A DNA stretch of 20,000 nucleotides from an uncultured virus (IMG/VR IMGVR_UViG_3300031088_000740) (lineage: Duplodnaviria; Heunggongvirae; Uroviricota; Caudoviricetes). Both the position numbers and the translations under genes were made by a program. How positions within the stretch are numbered: position 1 is the first letter of the stretch; every line of letters starts with the position of its first letter. The DNA is taken from IMG/VR virus record IMGVR_UViG_3300031088_000740; one strand, 5' to 3'. The notes beneath the pieces were generated by a model that was given only the letters and a program-made list of their open reading frames with translations, was not told the DNA's origin and did not search any database. This document shows, piece after piece, positions 17,325 to 20,000 of the stretch.

Positions 17325-17440
17325 AGCGGAATTCCTAGTTAGTCGGATAAGCGGAGGAGGGTGTAACCGCTTGTAGCAGCTTGGATCATACTCCTGCTAG
17401 ATCCAATCAGGCGATGATTGTGAACCATAGTTGGGTTCGA

Positions 17441-18022
17441 TTACGGGTTCAACTCTACGAGAGAAGAAACGAGCGTAGGGTCAATACCATGCCTGGCGTA
17501 TTCTTCGATTTGAGAAACAGGAATACCCATCATCAAGAAGCGGATGAAAGCTATCAGCCCGATCTTCTCTACGAGCAGGTGCCAATCGAGAACCATCTTC
17601 TCGGGCTGCATCGTTTTGGAAATGACGAAGTAGATGATTCCCAACTCTTGAAGATACATGGAGTCATTGACACCATAGTGCTCAAGGGCGCTGTCGCTCA
17701 TCCTGTAGATGTCATTCAACCACCGTTCGTAGTTGGCACTTTCATCGCGCAATGAACTCATTAGTTGGAAGATGTGAGGATCAAGACCGTTCTTCAAAAC
17801 CACTTCGTTGAGTAGAACAATCTGTTCCGCTCGAATCCCGATGTTTTGGAATTGGACGAAATTGACTGCATGGATAGCAATTCCATCTATGTAAGACCGA
17901 GGAACGATACTCGGTCGCTCACTCTCAAGTCTGCTTCCCCAATTGATGTTATCGACATAGAGGTCACCATCGTCCAACAGTGCAAGGTCGGGATTGATAA
18001 CACCCTTATCGATAACGCGCAT
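17441..18022 (-). CDS. Hypothetical protein, HGID-tail family (short member)
   Basis: Ends MGIPVSQIEEYARHGIDPTLVSSLV. Confidence 0.82.
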   Translation of the reverse strand: MRVIDKGVINPDLALLDDGDLYVDNINWGSRLESERPSIVPRSYIDGIAIHAVNFVQFQNIGIRAEQIVLLNEVVLKNGLDPHIFQLMSSLRDESANYERWLNDIYRMSDSALEHYGVNDSMYLQELGIIYFVISKTMQPEKMVLDWHLLVEKIGLIAFIRFLMMGIPVSQIEEYARHGIDPTLVSSLVELNP

Positions 18023-18028
18023 ACGTCA

Positions 18029-18057
18029 ATGCTAGGTCACTACATGACTTAAGTCAA
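18029..18057 (-). promoter_or_regulatory. Sigma70-type leaderless promoter
   Basis: TTGACT-17nt-TAGCAT-6nt-ATG(18022). Confidence 0.78.
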
Positions 18058-18063
18058 TTTGCA

Positions 18064-18276
18064 CTAGCTGTAATGACGCTCTGTCTCTTCTGCTGCGATA
18101 GAGAGAACGCTGCGCGACTGATTGGCGTGCTCGCCAGTGAGATCAAAGTCGGTCCTACGAAGGCGCTCCAAACGCCATTCCGCTCGCTCCGCGAAGAAGT
18201 CATTCTCTTCCTGAGTGTCGAACCGAGGAATGTCAAACTTTCCGGTCTCTTCGAGGGTTTCTAGGTTCCTGCCCAT
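18064..18276 (-). CDS. Small hypothetical protein (MGRNLETLEE...)
   Basis: 70-aa ORF downstream of the promoter TTGTCA-17-TATAGT. Confidence 0.65.
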   Translation of the reverse strand: MGRNLETLEETGKFDIPRFDTQEENDFFAERAEWRLERLRRTDFDLTGEHANQSRSVLSIAAEETERHYS

Positions 18277-18301
18277 GATTATCCAATCGTTTGTAACCAA
18301 A

Positions 18302-18368
18302 ACTATACCGCGATTTTGACACAATGACAAGAGTTGACTTGACTTTGAGTGATTACGTGGTCTAGGAT
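18302..18368. promoter_or_regulatory. Divergent promoter pair
   Basis: Minus strand TTGTCA-17-TATAGT; plus strand TTGACT(18339)-18-TAGGAT(18363). Confidence 0.6.
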
Positions 18369-18398
18369 CACGACCTTCAACGAAAGGTCTGCTACAAA

Positions 18399-18755
18399 AT
18401 GAATATCTTTGTCGTCATCAGACCTGATGGAACCTGCACCGTTGTTCGCACCAACTTCATCTCGACAGAAGACATGGCAGATGCTATTGGTTCGACAAGA
18501 ATCAGCTTGGTGACCTCATTAAAAAGCAGCGCCATGATTGCTATGGACGACGATGGTGTCCTAGGTAGTGGCGAGAAGAACGAACTAGCTACCCGATTGA
18601 TGGATGACCTAGGATTCCCCTACCCCGCAATCCAGGATTCTGTGCTAGGGACCATCGTTGTAGTTGGTCGATACGACAAACGAGCATACTCATACTCGTC
18701 ATTGGATGCCGAGACGGTGGAGTACATTGAGAGCTTTGCTGCTTCGAAGGACTAG
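18399..18755 (+). CDS. DUF3846-like small phage/plasmid protein
   Basis: GAAAGG RBS; VVIRPDG...AIG...MDDDG...NELATRL...VLGTIVVVG...SL. Confidence 0.7.
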   Translation: MNIFVVIRPDGTCTVVRTNFISTEDMADAIGSTRISLVTSLKSSAMIAMDDDGVLGSGEKNELATRLMDDLGFPYPAIQDSVLGTIVVVGRYDKRAYSYSSLDAETVEYIESFAASKD

Positions 18756-19606
18756 CTCACTTGGTAGGAGCTAACGATGTCAAACGACGATGGGTGAGCT
18801 AGAAGTGAGATAGAGCCGTGGGACTCATACTCGTTGACGTATCTGTTTACACCGTATTCGTCGTAGCCGTCACTGATGACGTAGTTGAGGTTCATGTCGC
18901 TTGGCTTGCTTGGTGCCATGTCATTGTCGTCGGCAAGTACAGCGTCGGCAATGCTCGCTACCGGCTTTACCTTGACTTCGTAGCAGTAGAACTTGGGTGC
19001 TTTATCGCCGCTTATGCCACTAGCTGCCGCTTCTTCAATGAGGTCTTGCATTCGGTCTAGTGCTGCATCCTTAGAGCCGAGGTGAACGAGTGGTTGTTCA
19101 TCTACGTCATCCTCCGCAGTGATGTCTCCGCCCCAGTCGCTTCTTACTGTGATGTGGTACCACGTATCTTCGCGTACCGCAGACTTAGAGAAGAACTTCC
19201 TGTCCGAGTATTTGACACCGGAGGGAAGAACACCCTGGTCGCTATTAGCGCCACATGAGGCACAGAGAAGCGAACCAGAGTCTCCAACCGAGTCCACCTC
19301 TTCTTCGGTGAAGAAGGACTTACAGGAGTAGCAATAAGCGCCAGAGAAACCATCAGGAGCCAGTGACCATTCGAAGCCTTCATGGGTGAACATCGTGTGG
19401 TCAAGCTTTTCGTCCGGGCTATCCACAGTACCTTTGGCGCTTGGCTCAGGTACGGTAATGTCTGGTTCAAGGAGTACCGTAGCCTTGCTCACAATGGGAC
19501 CACCGGGTATTCTCGAAGCACCAGCAATACCCTTGTCGGGGTTGACAAGACGCGTGGTGATAACACCATTCTTGTCAGTGATTGTCTTCCGGACCAACGT
19601 TGTCAT
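18752..19606 (-). CDS. Zn-ribbon plus putative ADP-ribosyltransferase-like domain protein
   Basis: CYSC...CASC; WYHIT...VHLGSKDAALDR...GYD...YVNEYESHGSIS pattern recalls ART-like domains of phage polyvalent proteins. Confidence 0.6.
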   Translation of the reverse strand: MTTLVRKTITDKNGVITTRLVNPDKGIAGASRIPGGPIVSKATVLLEPDITVPEPSAKGTVDSPDEKLDHTMFTHEGFEWSLAPDGFSGAYCYSCKSFFTEEEVDSVGDSGSLLCASCGANSDQGVLPSGVKYSDRKFFSKSAVREDTWYHITVRSDWGGDITAEDDVDEQPLVHLGSKDAALDRMQDLIEEAAASGISGDKAPKFYCYEVKVKPVASIADAVLADDNDMAPSKPSDMNLNYVISDGYDEYGVNRYVNEYESHGSISLLAHPSSFDIVSSYQVS

Positions 19607-19649
19607 TGTGCACCCCTTACAATTCTGAGTGTATCAACAACCACCGATG

Positions 19650-20000
19650 TCACTGAGTAATCTCTACCCGCTCGACAACATTGAACGATGAAGGGTGCAT
19701 CATGACGGAAACAGAACCATGAGACTCGTACTCGTTGACGTATCGCGTTACGCCGTTCCTGGCATAGAGGTCTTTATGCTCTCCACTGGCTCTACCCGAT
19801 GCTGTTTGCGGAGCTTGGTAATCTTCATCGGGAATCATGTGATCGGCAATAACGGCATCATCGGTGATTTGCAAAGTATACCGGTAGAACTTCGCTTTGT
19901 CTCCCCATGCAGCATGATGGATAGGGTTATCCAGTTTTGCTACATGAATGTCTTCATCGGTAATCGTCTTGATGTACTTCATTCGACTTTCTGCCGCATT
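19650..20000 (-). CDS. Paralog of 18752..19606, 5'-truncated by the window edge
   Basis: Frame open to the window end (NAAESRMKYI aligns with DAALDRMQDL); GVTRYVNEYESHGSVSVMMHPSSF vs GVNRYVNEYESHGSISLLAHPSSF. Confidence 0.85.
   Translation of the reverse strand, partial: NAAESRMKYIKTITDEDIHVAKLDNPIHHAAWGDKAKFYRYTLQITDDAVIADHMIPDEDYQAPQTASGRASGEHKDLYARNGVTRYVNEYESHGSVSVMMHPSSFNVVERVEITQ

Noticed and set aside
17338..17389. 16-codon minus-strand ORF (MIQAATSGYTLLRLSD) upstream of the hydrolase, as a leader peptide
   Set aside because: RBS spacing is only 1 nt and there is no convincing attenuator structure
3159..17416. 13-bp match CATCGCCTGATTG at 3159 (+) and 17404-17416 (-)
   Set aside because: A few 13-mer matches are expected by chance in 20 kb, and the copies are in opposite orientation relative to their downstream genes
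2083..19660. Numerous overlapping or antisense ORFs in the six-frame track (e.g. 2801..3148+, 4448..4798+, 8034..8513-, 8550..8969+, 11143..11565-, 12382..12729+, 17381..17755+)
   Set aside because: They shadow better-supported genes, lack RBS or promoter support and show no recognisable motifs
1..20000. CRISPR array, tRNA/rRNA, transposase/integrase, or a diversity-generating retroelement explaining the paralog family
   Set aside because: No regularly spaced direct repeats, cloverleafs, recombinase or reverse-transcriptase motifs seen; the shared tails are similar only at protein level, not as near-identical DNA repeats
1..20000. Stop-codon reassignment as in some large phages
   Set aside because: TAG, TAA and TGA all end genes at sensible positions and coding density is high under the standard code

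Overview
Gene-dense, moderate-GC window of mostly short hypothetical genes, mainly on the minus strand, with sigma70-like promoters (several leaderless) and intrinsic terminators. It reads like an accessory or early region of a large actinobacterial phage or giant plasmid. That origin is inferred from the actinobacterial-type secreted lytic transglycosylase, leaderless promoters and an IdeR/DtxR-like box; no structural, replication or integrase genes are visible. Recognisable genes: a short VIT1/CCC1 transporter, a secreted lytic transglycosylase, a HIT hydrolase, a GNAT-fold protein, an alpha/beta hydrolase, two DUF3846-like genes and two tandem ADP-ribosyltransferase-like paralogs. The main unexplained signal is a dispersed family of 9-10 otherwise divergent proteins that all end in a [NHQ][DEG][IVL]Dxx[LI][LVFY]xx[LMF] tail. 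Six of them also begin with a P[EA][YH][GD][WYS] motif, suggesting a shared targeting or docking signal on a diversified protein array. Several candidate structured non-coding RNAs are also present. All family calls come from motifs recognised by eye; no searches were run.
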